Assembly (NCBI GenBank): GCA_964405685.1
Contig: CAYOOP010000001.1
Location: 124,551 to 188,550, forward strand
Direction: 5' to 3'
Source: an uncultured Rickettsiales bacterium
GTDB lineage: Bacteria > Pseudomonadota > Alphaproteobacteria > Rickettsiales > SXRF01
DNA: 64,000 nucleotides
The position numbers were made by a program, and so were the translations under genes. Of this stretch, positions 10,801 to 19,308 are shown in pieces. Within the stretch, counting starts at the first letter, position 1, and every line of letters starts with the position of its first letter. The notes below the pieces were generated by a model. That model ran no database searches. It worked only from the letters and a program-made list of their open reading frames with translations, and was not told the DNA's origin.

Positions 10801-11634
10801 AAACGCAATCGCCTGTATCGGTGCACCGTTATAAAGTAACGCACTCGCAAGCACCACGTTATTGCTGCCATCCGGCTGAACCTTTGCCCAGGCGGTCGCA
10901 TACGCAAGCGCATCATCCTGCCGTTTGGCAAGCGCCAACAAACGCACATATTGCACCGCATGCGCGCTATCCATCGTTGCATTCGGAAGCGCGAGATAAT
11001 CGGTAAACGCTTGCAGCGCCGCCGCATCATCCTTCGCAGCAACCGCAACATCAGCGATCGAAAGCATCACCTCCGGTTTTTGTTTCCCCGTCACTTCATT
11101 TAATTTTTGCAACACGGAAAGCTGCTCCGCATAGAACTGCTTGCTATTTAAATAACCCGAAAGCGCCGTCAAACGCGCTTCATTCGGCTCCAATTCCGCA
11201 AGCTTCACCAGCGCCACTTTATACTCATCCTCACGCCCAAGTGCCAACAACACTTGCGCGCGCGCATCAATCGCCGCCACATCGTCAGGCTTCGTTGCAA
11301 GATAGGTATCATACGTCTCAAGCGCCTTGTCGGGATTTTTCTCGGCCATATAAGCATTGGCAAGCGTTTGCGTAGTCGCAAAACCAAGCGTACCCGCAGC
11401 TTTTTCGGATTCAAAGGCAACCGATGCCTCTGCACTACTCACAACAGCAGACACCGGAGGTGTTACGAGAGGCGCTTCAGCAACGGGTGCGGGCATGGGC
11501 GGCGGGGGCGGCAGATCATTGCTCATCTGCGTGAGGTAATAGCCTGCACCTGCGCCGACGACAGCCAAAACAGTTGCTACTAAGAGTGCTTTTTTCGCAG
11601 GAATGCGCGGAATTTTGCTCACTGTAAGTCCCAA
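7801..11634 (-). CDS. pelB: PelB-like TPR/outer-membrane beta-barrel export protein
   Basis: 1277 aa; N-terminal hydrophobic helix, Pro-rich linker, long Ala-rich TPR-like helical region, roughly 290-aa C-terminal amphipathic-strand region ending in Trp; 13-nt overlap with pelD. Confidence 0.72.
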   Translation of the reverse strand: MGLTVSKIPRIPAKKALLVATVLAVVGAGAGYYLTQMSNDLPPPPPMPAPVAEAPLVTPPVSAVVSSAEASVAFESEKAAGTLGFATTQTLANAYMAEKNPDKALETYDTYLATKPDDVAAIDARAQVLLALGREDEYKVALVKLAELEPNEARLTALSGYLNSKQFYAEQLSVLQKLNEVTGKQKPEVMLSIADVAVAAKDDAAALQAFTDYLALPNATMDSAHAVQYVRLLALAKRQDDALAYATAWAKVQPDGSNNVVLASALLYNGAPIQAIAFIDVVKPADAAAMPADLKKISAEAYAAQGEYAKALPLFKELRASAVDGEYEESYFVALANVAKTDDAARDELRTLVKDQFESGKLTDAQKMDRVYALLNAGDKVMAMEYAEHGMQTAADDTKEKWSQLYNSLTAAPAKRLAGKAPKAAKTAKASSDDETAKPVARAASSKRIGHSATAKAAMPAPSVALDKRIALATRPGMSDAFLRATAFDALNAGRKQDAVKLFAQLAVKNGPKSSDAEQLMYVLGARVGQQEMAWLTSAAKQSKGENRTGWIEVIASAAPAEGIVAAAELNPDWLNVLAFSQRYASSLQQLGQADQLDRYKQVRGVQATSADAMVNQAAVAFTNRNPAEGERLLNAAASAPDATRRTHISVAELNLQRARYVEASSALATAGRTNSAGRDAVDSAREAVAINYYQATLAHRDGDDTQAQAYYQAALKAGEGQQFDDRGTQEKIYASQMALGMIDPARRGFEGLMKQNPQDETLLADYIAALLEQKRHSDARAVAATYGGGIKPGVRAVAPVAMDVSGVLQVPADALTTIQPMSGGHELKLQFNRPLPAHFVPGGASPKPAWLSYYTVSYDSIVIAAAPGYSLRSDGATVSAVADNAAAPMVADNRQGYLRLQLLYARTELESNEVDQALNRLNALGADYADAPEYKAYQANAEFYAANPKRALKLVKDAQRLDPQNEDIARMRRNIERFHAEHLKLDHEWYKLGSAKQNLSTLEARVQYTDDVEATLKLQTNHIKTGVIRRTQGAAREFSGNKFRAELEMAKMVDDSSVVAASVFGNQDTGGGALSYQSVNLLGTTQVYGEYHKPYWDLPEAVVADTVRDRVGASHWWKPDPDFTVRAEGAYNRYSVDVKENIADSVSARANVLYTLQDLQPYVALSYNFNGEYLRGRVKRNSFAGSTFKYLPLRSREVHSLTAVVSHDFDVQTNGEMELGYAIDRLGDQGPIAEGRLTHNLADDFDIQLRGRYGFEEENASKHNASSLGGYARWTW

Positions 11635-11669
11635 TGCCCGTTTGATTTATTATCTTGATTCTTTTGACG

Positions 11670-12512
11670 TCAACCGCCACCCGAACAGGCTTGCGAATCT
11701 ACTTCTTCCGCTTCGAAAATCGACTGAAGCCTAGGGTCAGCCACCGAGGGAGAAAATCCATTCGCACGTTGGGTACAGAGGACGTGTTTGATAAGTGTTT
11801 TATCGTTTAAATCGGGATAATCAAGCGTAAAGATTCGCAAGTTGACGTTGTGTTGTTTTAGTGCATGCAGTTGCTTAACAAGCGGCAGATAAATCGAGTT
11901 ATCCACAAGCGCGTCCGCATCACGTGCGCGATCCACCAAAATACTTTCGGCAAGCACAATATCAATATCGCTTGCAACCTGCGGCAGCACTTCGAAGGCG
12001 CGGTTGACCATAAGTAGATACGGCTTCGGTAAACGCTCACGCACCCTGTGGATAAGTTCCACAGCACGTGGATGCGTACCAGGCAATTGCATCGCCAGCG
12101 CGGTGTCAAACGTGTCAAGGTAAATGCCGTCAAAACCCTCCGCTTTCGCGCGCGCAATGAGATTGTCGGTGATAAACGCCTGCCACTTGGGATTGCGCAT
12201 ATCCACCACCCAGCTTCCCCATGCATTTTCGCGTATAAAAAACCCAGGCTCACGGGCAAAGAGCGAATAGTAATTCCGATATGGCGCAATTTCAGCTACC
12301 GCAATATAGGCGAGCACTTTCGCACCACCGTTTTTAATCGGCAACACATCCGGATGCTTGTCTAAATCAAGCATCACCACATCATAGCCGCGCCAAAGCT
12401 TCGGCTCTTCCGCCTGCGCAAAATACGCCACCCAGCGCTGCTCAGTCGGCAATTGCGCCTGAGCGCAACCCACAAGCATAAATAAAAGTGCAAGGCCAAC
12501 ACAACGCATCAT
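11670..12512 (-). CDS. pelA: PelA-like endo-alpha-1,4-polygalactosaminidase (hydrolase domain only), predicted lipoprotein
   Basis: KVLAYIAVAE, W.SWVVDMRNPKW, GFDGIYLDTFD, MVNRAFE, VLAES motifs of the GH114/GH166-type barrel; lipobox LVGC; only 280 aa. Confidence 0.8.
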   Translation of the reverse strand: MMRCVGLALLFMLVGCAQAQLPTEQRWVAYFAQAEEPKLWRGYDVVMLDLDKHPDVLPIKNGGAKVLAYIAVAEIAPYRNYYSLFAREPGFFIRENAWGSWVVDMRNPKWQAFITDNLIARAKAEGFDGIYLDTFDTALAMQLPGTHPRAVELIHRVRERLPKPYLLMVNRAFEVLPQVASDIDIVLAESILVDRARDADALVDNSIYLPLVKQLHALKQHNVNLRIFTLDYPDLNDKTLIKHVLCTQRANGFSPSVADPRLQSIFEAEEVDSQACSGGG

Positions 12513-12694
12513 TGATTTTCTTCAAAAAATCCAACCGTACGGCAACTATTCGAGAAAGGACTATCAAGGTCAATCGCGAAAACAAAAAACTTCCATTTCC
12601 GTGCGCGTTGTGGCATAATGAGGGAGATGAAGATCATCTTTACTCTCACGAGTTTCATATAAAAAGCAGCGCTAAAAACAGGACGTTACGTAAG

Positions 12695-13018
12695 GTGCCC
12701 CCCGTAAGCCAGTTGCTAGGCATCATCCGTGATGTGCTCTCGGACAACAAAGCTGAACACATCGAAACAATTGATCTTAAAGGAAAATCTGATTTCGCGG
12801 ATGCCATGGTGGTTGCCAGCGGCACCTCCGCACGCCACGTCACTGCGCTTGCTGATCACCTGACAAAAACTCTCAAGAAAAACGGTTTTGAAAATGTCCC
12901 CACCGAAGGCATGGAAGCTGGCGAATGGGTGCTAGTCGATGCCGGCGACATCATCGTCCACCTCTTCAAGCCTGATGCGCGCGAGCATTATAAGCTTGAG
13001 AAAATGTGGAGTGTGTGA
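12695..13018 (+). CDS. rsfS: Ribosome silencing factor RsfS (Iojap)
   Basis: DNKAEHIETIDL, VVASGTSARHV, EWVLVDAGDIIVHLF..REHYKLEKMW; start moved to GTG 12695 (track ORF starts at 12488 inside pelA). Confidence 0.92.
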   Translation: MPPVSQLLGIIRDVLSDNKAEHIETIDLKGKSDFADAMVVASGTSARHVTALADHLTKTLKKNGFENVPTEGMEAGEWVLVDAGDIIVHLFKPDAREHYKLEKMWSV

Positions 13019-13025
13019 GCCTGCA

Positions 13026-13541
13026 TCACCCTCCGCGACTCCTCGGGGGAAGGTTTTCGGTGATCATTTGCGTTACGACATGCGCTATTTCAGAAGCTTG
13101 TTTATTATCAATAAATTCAAGTTGTTCTTTTGAACGAAAGTATGAGACTTTTGTTTCTGGTTCGTCCAATACTTGGATACCCAATTGCTGCGCAGCGATG
13201 CGCGTGGGCTGAGAAATTGAATTTATCGTTCTATTATTCGTCATTACAATGTTGGGTATACACCCCTTTACTTGCCGAAGCCACTCACTCATCTGCGGGC
13301 AATTTTGAGACTGTTTATCATCCTCAACCCCCAACAGAGAGTCCGAAACATTCATTATTACAGCCGTAGCATAATCGTTTCTCTGTTCTGTCATTTTCTG
13401 CATTAGTATGTTTAGTTCTTGTATATTTGTGCAAGGAACAATTTCCGCACTATATCCCTGTTTTTCAAGGGTGGATTTAACATGGTCCACACGGCAACCA
13501 CCTTGGATAATCAGAATTTTTTTGTTATTCGTTTCGGACAT
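13026..13541 (-). CDS. Hypothetical protein, possible atypical receiver-like (REC) fold
   Basis: AT-rich 171-aa ORF; KKILII / AVIMNV / IPNIVMT spaced like REC beta1/beta3/beta4. Confidence 0.5.
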   Translation of the reverse strand: MSETNNKKILIIQGGCRVDHVKSTLEKQGYSAEIVPCTNIQELNILMQKMTEQRNDYATAVIMNVSDSLLGVEDDKQSQNCPQMSEWLRQVKGCIPNIVMTNNRTINSISQPTRIAAQQLGIQVLDEPETKVSYFRSKEQLEFIDNKQASEIAHVVTQMITENLPPRSRGG

Positions 13542-13710
13542 ATGATGCTCTCTGAATTAGTGGGGTAGAGTGTAATCAATGTGTTGACTAATATCAACTT
13601 TCGAGGAGTGCTGTAAATAGAAATTCGCTAGGCCGCAAACGAAAACAGCATTCCTCGAGAACCGCAGCGAAGCGCAGAAGAATGCTATTTGCAGCAAGAC
13701 TTAGTAGAAT

Positions 13711-14373
13711 TTACGACGCGTCAGCGTTGCCGGTTTTTTGAATCGCCGCAGTTTTGCGTGCGAGCTCGTCGGAAAGATAATCCAAGCCCTTGCTGCTAAT
13801 CACCGAGGTGAACTCGGAGCGCTGCGTGGTGATCATGCTGACACCTTCGATGTTCAGATCGAAGATTTTAAACCCACCGCCAGATTTGCGCACATGATAG
13901 TCCAGGTTCACCGGTTTTTCCGTGCCGACTTTCATGGAGACGGTATATTCATTGTCGCTATCTTCGCGTGCACCAGCAATGGTGAAACCACCACCGGTGT
14001 ACTCATTAAACCGCGCAGTGTAGTGCGAAATCAAGAAGCGGCGATACTCTTTTAAATAGCGCGATTTTTGCGCGTCGGTCGCTTGTTTCCAAAAACGCCC
14101 CGTCACAAACTTGCCCACCCAATCAATGTCCACATGTGAATTGAACAAGCCTTCAAGCTTGGCATTTTTCTGCGCTTGCGATTTTTTGGATTGAACGGTC
14201 GAGAGCACCTGATCGGCGAGCGATTGAATATACGCTTTCGCCTGATCTTCCCCTCCAGCGTGCGCGGGTGCAATTGCTACAAAACCAAGCACCATTGCTA
14301 AAGCAAGCGTGCAGCCGAAAGAAAAAAGACGTTTCACGTGAGTTCCCACTATCCCATTGTTAAGCGCCGACAC
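13711..14373 (-). CDS. mlaC: Phospholipid-binding protein MlaC/Ttg2D
   Basis: Signal peptide; GRFWKQATDAQKSRY; FKIFDLNIEGVSMITTQRSEF. Confidence 0.9.
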   Translation of the reverse strand: MSALNNGIVGTHVKRLFSFGCTLALAMVLGFVAIAPAHAGGEDQAKAYIQSLADQVLSTVQSKKSQAQKNAKLEGLFNSHVDIDWVGKFVTGRFWKQATDAQKSRYLKEYRRFLISHYTARFNEYTGGGFTIAGAREDSDNEYTVSMKVGTEKPVNLDYHVRKSGGGFKIFDLNIEGVSMITTQRSEFTSVISSKGLDYLSDELARKTAAIQKTGNADAS

Positions 14374-14397
14374 TTGAGAGTGTCAGTCGCACCTATT

Positions 14398-15180
14398 TTA
14401 CTGCTTTGCCTTCTTAGGCGCAACGGGTTTTGCAGCAGGAGTTTTTGGACCAAACGCCTCTCTCACTTCTTTCGCACGGCGTTGGAGATACGCACTACGG
14501 AAGGTCGCATACGGATCCACCGAGTTGTTATAGAGATCATCCAACATCTGCATATGGTTCGAACGGAAGTCGATCGCGTTCGCGCCCATTTGAGCATAGC
14601 TATATGCATCTTCTTCAGCCCAAGTGATCGGGTTGATGAGCAGGTCCACACCTTTACCAGTCGTATCACGCAGCGTGCCAGGTCCAATGATCGGCAACAC
14701 CAGATACGCGCCCGAAGGCATGCCATAACGCGCCATCGTCTGACCGAAATCCGCATTGCGCGCGGTCAAACCAGCGCTCGCAGCCACATCGTTAATACCG
14801 CCAAGACCAACGGTCGTGTTGATCACAAAGCGCCAGAAGGTCGCAAAGCTGTTTTTCACGTCACCTTGCAACACGGAGTTTGCAAGATTCACCGGAGCAT
14901 CCAAGTTGTCTAAGAAATGGGTCACGGCAGTACGGCCGACATCCGGAACAATCGTTTTATACACCCAAGAGATCGGGCGAAGAATCACTTGATCGAGCGT
15001 TTTATTACCTTGGAAGAACACGCGGTTCATCGGCTCGAGCGGATCTTCATCGACCGCAGCCTCGTCCGTATACTTTGCATGAGGGGTGCCCGGCGTGTTG
15101 GTATAGTCGGCACAAGCAGAAAGCGAGAACGCAGCTGCAAGGGCGAGGAAGAGAGGGCGAACCGAACGTGTATCCAACAT
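14398..15180 (-). CDS. mlaA: VacJ/MlaA family lipoprotein
   Basis: Lipobox LSAC; DPLEPMNR, RFVINTTVGLGG, DFGQTMARYG..GAYLVLPIIGP; start set at ATG 15180. Confidence 0.92.
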   Translation of the reverse strand: MLDTRSVRPLFLALAAAFSLSACADYTNTPGTPHAKYTDEAAVDEDPLEPMNRVFFQGNKTLDQVILRPISWVYKTIVPDVGRTAVTHFLDNLDAPVNLANSVLQGDVKNSFATFWRFVINTTVGLGGINDVAASAGLTARNADFGQTMARYGMPSGAYLVLPIIGPGTLRDTTGKGVDLLINPITWAEEDAYSYAQMGANAIDFRSNHMQMLDDLYNNSVDPYATFRSAYLQRRAKEVREAFGPKTPAAKPVAPKKAKQ

Positions 15181-15379
15181 AAAGAACTGCTCCAAATCGG
15201 GTTTAGTAGGCGGCCTAAGCATCGGATTATAAGATTGATTTCTTAAGACACCATGAAAAGAGAATGAACAAAGTGGAAATATAGTTCGACAATCAGGTTG
15301 AAAGATAGATCTTTTCGCATATGGTCGACGAAATCAATCTATTTGTTGCGTCCTTGCAACACGGTACACCACAAGTCCT

Positions 15380-16228
15380 ATGATTCCTCTGTCTTTCGAA
15401 TTTTTTCCTCCCAAAACCGCCGAACTGGAAGCGAAGCTGTGGCACGCCTTCGAACAGCTCGCCCCCTTCGCGCCGCAATTTGTTTCGGTTACCTATGGTG
15501 CCGGCGGCACTACCCGCGAACGCACCCATGCCATCGTCGGCCGTATCGCCAAAGACACCAACATCCCCCCGGCCGCCCATCTCACCTGCGTTGACGCCAC
15601 CCGCACGGAGGTGGATGAGGTCATCGCCAGCTATAAGACCATCGGCGTCAACCACATCGTCGCCCTCCGCGGGGACCCGCCGCAAGGCCAAACCCGCTAC
15701 ACTCCCCACCCGGAAGGCTACCCCTACGCGCTCGATCTCGTTAAAGGCATAACCGCTAAAGGTGGGTTTGAAATGAGCGTCGCCGCCTACCCCGAAAAAC
15801 ACCCAGAATCTATTTCGTTCGAACAAGACATCGCCATTTTAAAAGCCAAAGTCGATGCCGGGGCTACCCGCGCCATCACCCAATATTTCTTCGATGTGAC
15901 GCACTACGAACGCTTCGTCGAACGCGCCCACAAAGCGGGCGTCAACGTCCCCATCGTCCCCGGCATCCTGCCCATCAACCACTTCACCCAGACGATTAAA
16001 TTCAGCGAGCGCTGCGGTGCCACCGTGCCCGCAGCCGTTCACCAACGCTTCGCCGGCATCCTTGAGAACACCCCCGAACACGAACGTGTTGCCTTAGAGC
16101 TTGCAACCGATTTAAGCCGCGCGCTCATAAAGGCCGGTGCCCCTGCCCTCCACTTCTATACCTTAAATCGCGCGGAACTTACCAAAAGCGTGCTGGAGCA
16201 GCTTGACTTTCCAAAGCTGAGCCGATAA
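15380..16228 (+). CDS. metF: 5,10-methylenetetrahydrofolate reductase
   Basis: SFEFFPPKT, FVSVTYGAGG, AHLTCV, ALRGDPP, VAAYPEKHPE, AITQYFFD, HFYTLNRA. Confidence 0.96.
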   Translation: MIPLSFEFFPPKTAELEAKLWHAFEQLAPFAPQFVSVTYGAGGTTRERTHAIVGRIAKDTNIPPAAHLTCVDATRTEVDEVIASYKTIGVNHIVALRGDPPQGQTRYTPHPEGYPYALDLVKGITAKGGFEMSVAAYPEKHPESISFEQDIAILKAKVDAGATRAITQYFFDVTHYERFVERAHKAGVNVPIVPGILPINHFTQTIKFSERCGATVPAAVHQRFAGILENTPEHERVALELATDLSRALIKAGAPALHFYTLNRAELTKSVLEQLDFPKLSR

Positions 16229-16263
16229 AAGCGCCCCCTCAATATAACGTTCGACCGTTATAA

Positions 16264-16338
<75 letters not shown>

Positions 16339-16340
<2 letters not shown>

Positions 16341-16366
16341 CGCGTCGCCCTTACGGGCTATGCGTG
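16339..16366 (+). repeat. Palindromic (REP-like) hairpin directly after tRNA-Ile
   Basis: cacgc..gccc-ttac-gggc..gcgtg nested inverted repeat. Confidence 0.55.
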
Positions 16367-16429
16367 GCGCAGCCACCATCAGACCGTGTAGCTGAAGCGA
16401 AGCATAAGCGTAGACGGGCTGGAGCACAC

Positions 16430-16588
16430 ATGTGGTACGTCTACATCCTCAAAAGCATTGAACATCCAGATCAAGAATACACTGGCGCGTCAGAAGATTT
16501 GAAACAACGCTTGACGGATCATAATGCTGGTAAATCGATTCTATCGGTTCCTGCCAGGCAGGACGCTGGCAAACCTAACTTGACATGA
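16430..16588 (+). pseudogene. Truncated GIY-YIG nuclease
   Basis: MWYVYILKS...YTG.SEDLKQRLTDHNAGKS is the N-terminal half of small GIY-YIG nucleases; similarity ends after GKS and a stop follows. Confidence 0.8.
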
Positions 16589-16658
16589 GGTATGCTCACA
16601 GTTATTTAAGTTAGGACTCCTAACAATTAAGTTGGGAATTGCAACTAAGGAGTAAATT

Positions 16659-16907
16659 ATGTCTTCTAAAGCCATATTTTATCATGCTGGCTGCCCAGTA
16701 TGCGTTTCTGCTGAACAACAAGTGCTCGATATGGTCGATCGCAGCAAAGTGCAACTCGAGGTGGTGCATTTCGCTAATGCCAAGGATCGCATCGCCGAAG
16801 CCGAAAAAGCAGGGGTTAAATCCGTTCCCGCTTTGGTGATTGACGGCAATGTGTTGCACATCAATTATGGCGCAAGCATGGCAGATGTTAAAAAAGCCGT
16901 TGCATAA
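16659..16907 (+). CDS. Small thioredoxin/glutaredoxin-like protein
   Basis: 82 aa, CPVC motif, GVKSVPALVIDG cis-Pro motif, RBS aaggag. Confidence 0.85.
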   Translation: MSSKAIFYHAGCPVCVSAEQQVLDMVDRSKVQLEVVHFANAKDRIAEAEKAGVKSVPALVIDGNVLHINYGASMADVKKAVA

Positions 16908-16923
16908 TCTACTATAGAATTGC

Positions 16924-16962
16924 GGCGAGTGGGTTAGCATCGGCTGCTCACTCGCCCTTTTT
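16924..16962 (+). terminator. Putative Rho-independent terminator
   Basis: Stem ggcgagtg/cactcgcc followed by a T run, just downstream of the thioredoxin-like gene. Confidence 0.6.
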
Positions 16963-16975
16963 ATTGAGAGAACCA

Positions 16976-17539
16976 ATGAATGAAAACACTAAGATAGCTG
17001 TGGGGATTGAACGTCTGTCGACGGTGTTTCGGGCCGCCTTATGGGAGGAAACCAAACAGTATGGTCTAAGTCCTCTGCAAGCACAAATCCTGCTGTTCAT
17101 CGCTTCACATGCACCGATGCAAAGCAGTGTATCAATATTGGCCAAAGAATTTGCGGTCACGAAAGCAACGATAAGCGATGCTGTGCGTGTGTTGCTGGAG
17201 AAGGCGATGCTTAAGAAACAATCCGGCGATGACGCCAGATCATTTGCATTGCAACTCACGGCGAGCGGCAAAAAACAGGTGCAAAAACTTTCGGCACTCA
17301 CAGCGTATTTTGACGAAGCGCTCAGCTCCATCCCTGCAAATGAGCGCAAAAAAATATGGGAAGGATTACTGTTGCTGATGGGACATTTGCAAAAAACCGG
17401 CGCTATTCCGCTTCGCATGTGTTTTAGTTGTCAACATTATGGCAACCATAAAGGCACACCTTATTGCCATTTGTTGAAACAAACTTTGCAACTAGAAGAC
17501 ATCCGCATCGATTGCCCAGAGCATCTCTTAGCCGCATGA
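16976..17539 (+). CDS. MarR-family regulator with C-terminal Cys cluster
   Basis: LSPLQAQILL, VTKATISDAVRVL..K, D.RS..LQLT.SG wHTH pattern; C-terminal CFSC...C...CPEH. Confidence 0.85.
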   Translation: MNENTKIAVGIERLSTVFRAALWEETKQYGLSPLQAQILLFIASHAPMQSSVSILAKEFAVTKATISDAVRVLLEKAMLKKQSGDDARSFALQLTASGKKQVQKLSALTAYFDEALSSIPANERKKIWEGLLLLMGHLQKTGAIPLRMCFSCQHYGNHKGTPYCHLLKQTLQLEDIRIDCPEHLLAA

Positions 17540-18225
17540 ATATTTTAGCATTTCAGCATGTGCATTTTGAAACGGTGGGGTTGATTGCCGATTGGGCAGA
17601 GCTGCGTGGACACAGGCTTAGCGTATGCAAACTCTATGAGGGTGATCCGCTCCCACCCCATGACTCCTACGATATGCTGGTGGTGATGGGCGGCCCGATG
17701 AGCGTGGGGGATGAAAAAATATACCCATGGCTTGCCGGCGAAAAAGCCTTTATCAAAGCGGCTGCCCAAGCAGAAAAATATGTGCTAGGCGTGTGTTTGG
17801 GCGCACAGCTTATTGCCAGCACACTCGGCGCAAAAGTGTATCCCAATCTTGTCAAAGAAATCGGCTGGTTTCCCGTTGCCACTGTGGACGAAGCCCTCGG
17901 CGTGCCCGTTCTCCGCGGTTTAAACCCTGCGATGACAGCGTTTCATTGGCATGGCGATACGTTTGAGATACCAGATGGTGCGACGCTACTCATGTCGAGC
18001 GAAACCTGCGAACATCAAGCATTCCTCTACAAAGACACAGTGCTGGGGCTGCAATTTCACTTGGAAATGACGGAAGATGGCATAAAAAACCTCATCGCCA
18101 ACTGCCGTGCGGATATTATTCCATCACCCACCATACAGCCGGAAGAAAAACTCATCTCTGGTACAACGGCCATTCCCGCCTGTCAGCGCGTGCTTTATTC
18201 GATGTTGGATCGATTGGTTGCGTAA
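17536..18225 (+). CDS. Class I glutamine amidotransferase-like protein
   Basis: VVMGGPMSV, LGVCLGAQL (nucleophile Cys), WHGDTF, GLQFHLE; ATGA overlap with the MarR gene. Confidence 0.9.
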   Translation: MNILAFQHVHFETVGLIADWAELRGHRLSVCKLYEGDPLPPHDSYDMLVVMGGPMSVGDEKIYPWLAGEKAFIKAAAQAEKYVLGVCLGAQLIASTLGAKVYPNLVKEIGWFPVATVDEALGVPVLRGLNPAMTAFHWHGDTFEIPDGATLLMSSETCEHQAFLYKDTVLGLQFHLEMTEDGIKNLIANCRADIIPSPTIQPEEKLISGTTAIPACQRVLYSMLDRLVA

Positions 18226-18313
18226 TCGCTGTTTAAAATAAACTGCCGTACGGTTTCAGGGTACTTTACAGCGCAGAGATACGTCCTCGGTATCCTGTCA
18301 TCCAGTCTAAACC

Positions 18314-18378
18314 TAAGTTAGCACTTCAAAATGTTGGCTGTGGAAGAGCCTGTTTAGTGAATTCGCTCTCAGTATGCC
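18314..18378 (-). repeat. att-like repeat copy A (core plus conserved arm)
   Basis: taagttagcacttcaaaatgttggctg followed by tggaagagcctgtttagtgaattcgctctcagtatgcc; core identical to the sequence at the tRNA-Gln 3' end. Confidence 0.9.
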
Positions 18379-18744
18379 ACGATAAATTAGCGGAAAATAG
18401 GGATTTCCAGGGGTGCACATTCCGTGCATGAATTAGGGTAGGAAAATCTGGTGATAACGGGGCCCCAGTGTTCGATTCACCTCAACAGCACCATTCCCTC
18501 CTATTAATGTATTGATATATAATGGATTCACATTTGCCAGGATATCACCTTTGATTGTGGATGTAATGCTTGGCCCTTAAACCCACCGGCAACCACAAAT
18601 TGCGCTGGCAGATATCACGAAAATCTGTTAATTAGTTTCCCCAATTGCTGAGCATACAGCAAACGAAACATACGGGGAGTAGCATGATGAAATCACTGCG
18701 TATCTACGATACCAGAAACACTTTACACAATGCAAGAGTCGGCA

Positions 18745-18836
18745 AGATCAACAACGCAACCTCCATCTGGAATCAGGCGGGGTGTAATCTGTATAACGAT
18801 ACGGTGGGCAGTTTCGATGCCTTTGCTACCTCCGCG
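18745..18836 (+). repeat. 92-bp copy of an internal RTX gene segment (matches 20728-20819)
   Basis: Manual alignment gives 87/92 identical; both read INNATSIWNQAG.NLYNDTVGSFDAFATSA-like. Confidence 0.92.
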
Positions 18837-18889
18837 AATGATAATGATCAAATACAACAGATGACACTATGCAATCGGAGAGGTCTAGT

Positions 18890-19291
18890 ATGAGGCAGAA
18901 AATGACAATTATTTTCTTCGCGATATTAATGCTGTTACTGGGAACCTATGCTGTTGCAGCGTTGGTAGAACAGGTAAATTTAAGGAGCGAAGGAAAAGCA
19001 GCAGAAATAAGGAAAGAAGCAGGTGAGTTTCGATTTGAAGATTACAAGTCTGCTGAGGAAGCCCAAACTGCGCTTTTAAATTTGCATCCGATTGGAAGTG
19101 AAACCCAAAAACTAATAGAAAGATTTAAGCAGTACGGAAACATCACCAGGGAAGACCAAATCACGATAACCTATAATCCTAAAGTATCTGCGCACCTAAA
19201 CCTTGTATCCACCCAGTGGGTACTCATTATAAATAACAGTAATAACAATATTCGGTCTCTAGACGTCAAAAAATATCTAACGGGGCTTTGA
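18890..19291 (+). CDS. Exported/membrane-anchored hypothetical protein, candidate immunity protein
   Basis: RBS ggagagg, N-terminal hydrophobic helix, AT-rich; upstream of the RTX gene. Confidence 0.65.
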   Translation: MRQKMTIIFFAILMLLLGTYAVAALVEQVNLRSEGKAAEIRKEAGEFRFEDYKSAEEAQTALLNLHPIGSETQKLIERFKQYGNITREDQITITYNPKVSAHLNLVSTQWVLIINNSNNNIRSLDVKKYLTGL

Positions 19292-19308
19292 GGCCTTAAG
19301 GGGAGATT

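Noticed and set aside
8152-11583. Long plus-strand ORFs opposite pelB (e.g. 8641-9669)
   Set aside because: Antisense shadows of a GC-rich coding gene; no motifs or RBS.
16243-16262. Hairpin tataacg-ttcgac-cgttata between metF and tRNA-Ile as a terminator
   Set aside because: AT-rich stem with no following T tract; function unclear.
18459-18493. tRNA/tmRNA-like 3' fragment (gttcgattc...cacca)
   Set aside because: T-stem pairs poorly, and there is no acceptor stem or matching tRNA in the window; could be an old att scar but is unsupported.
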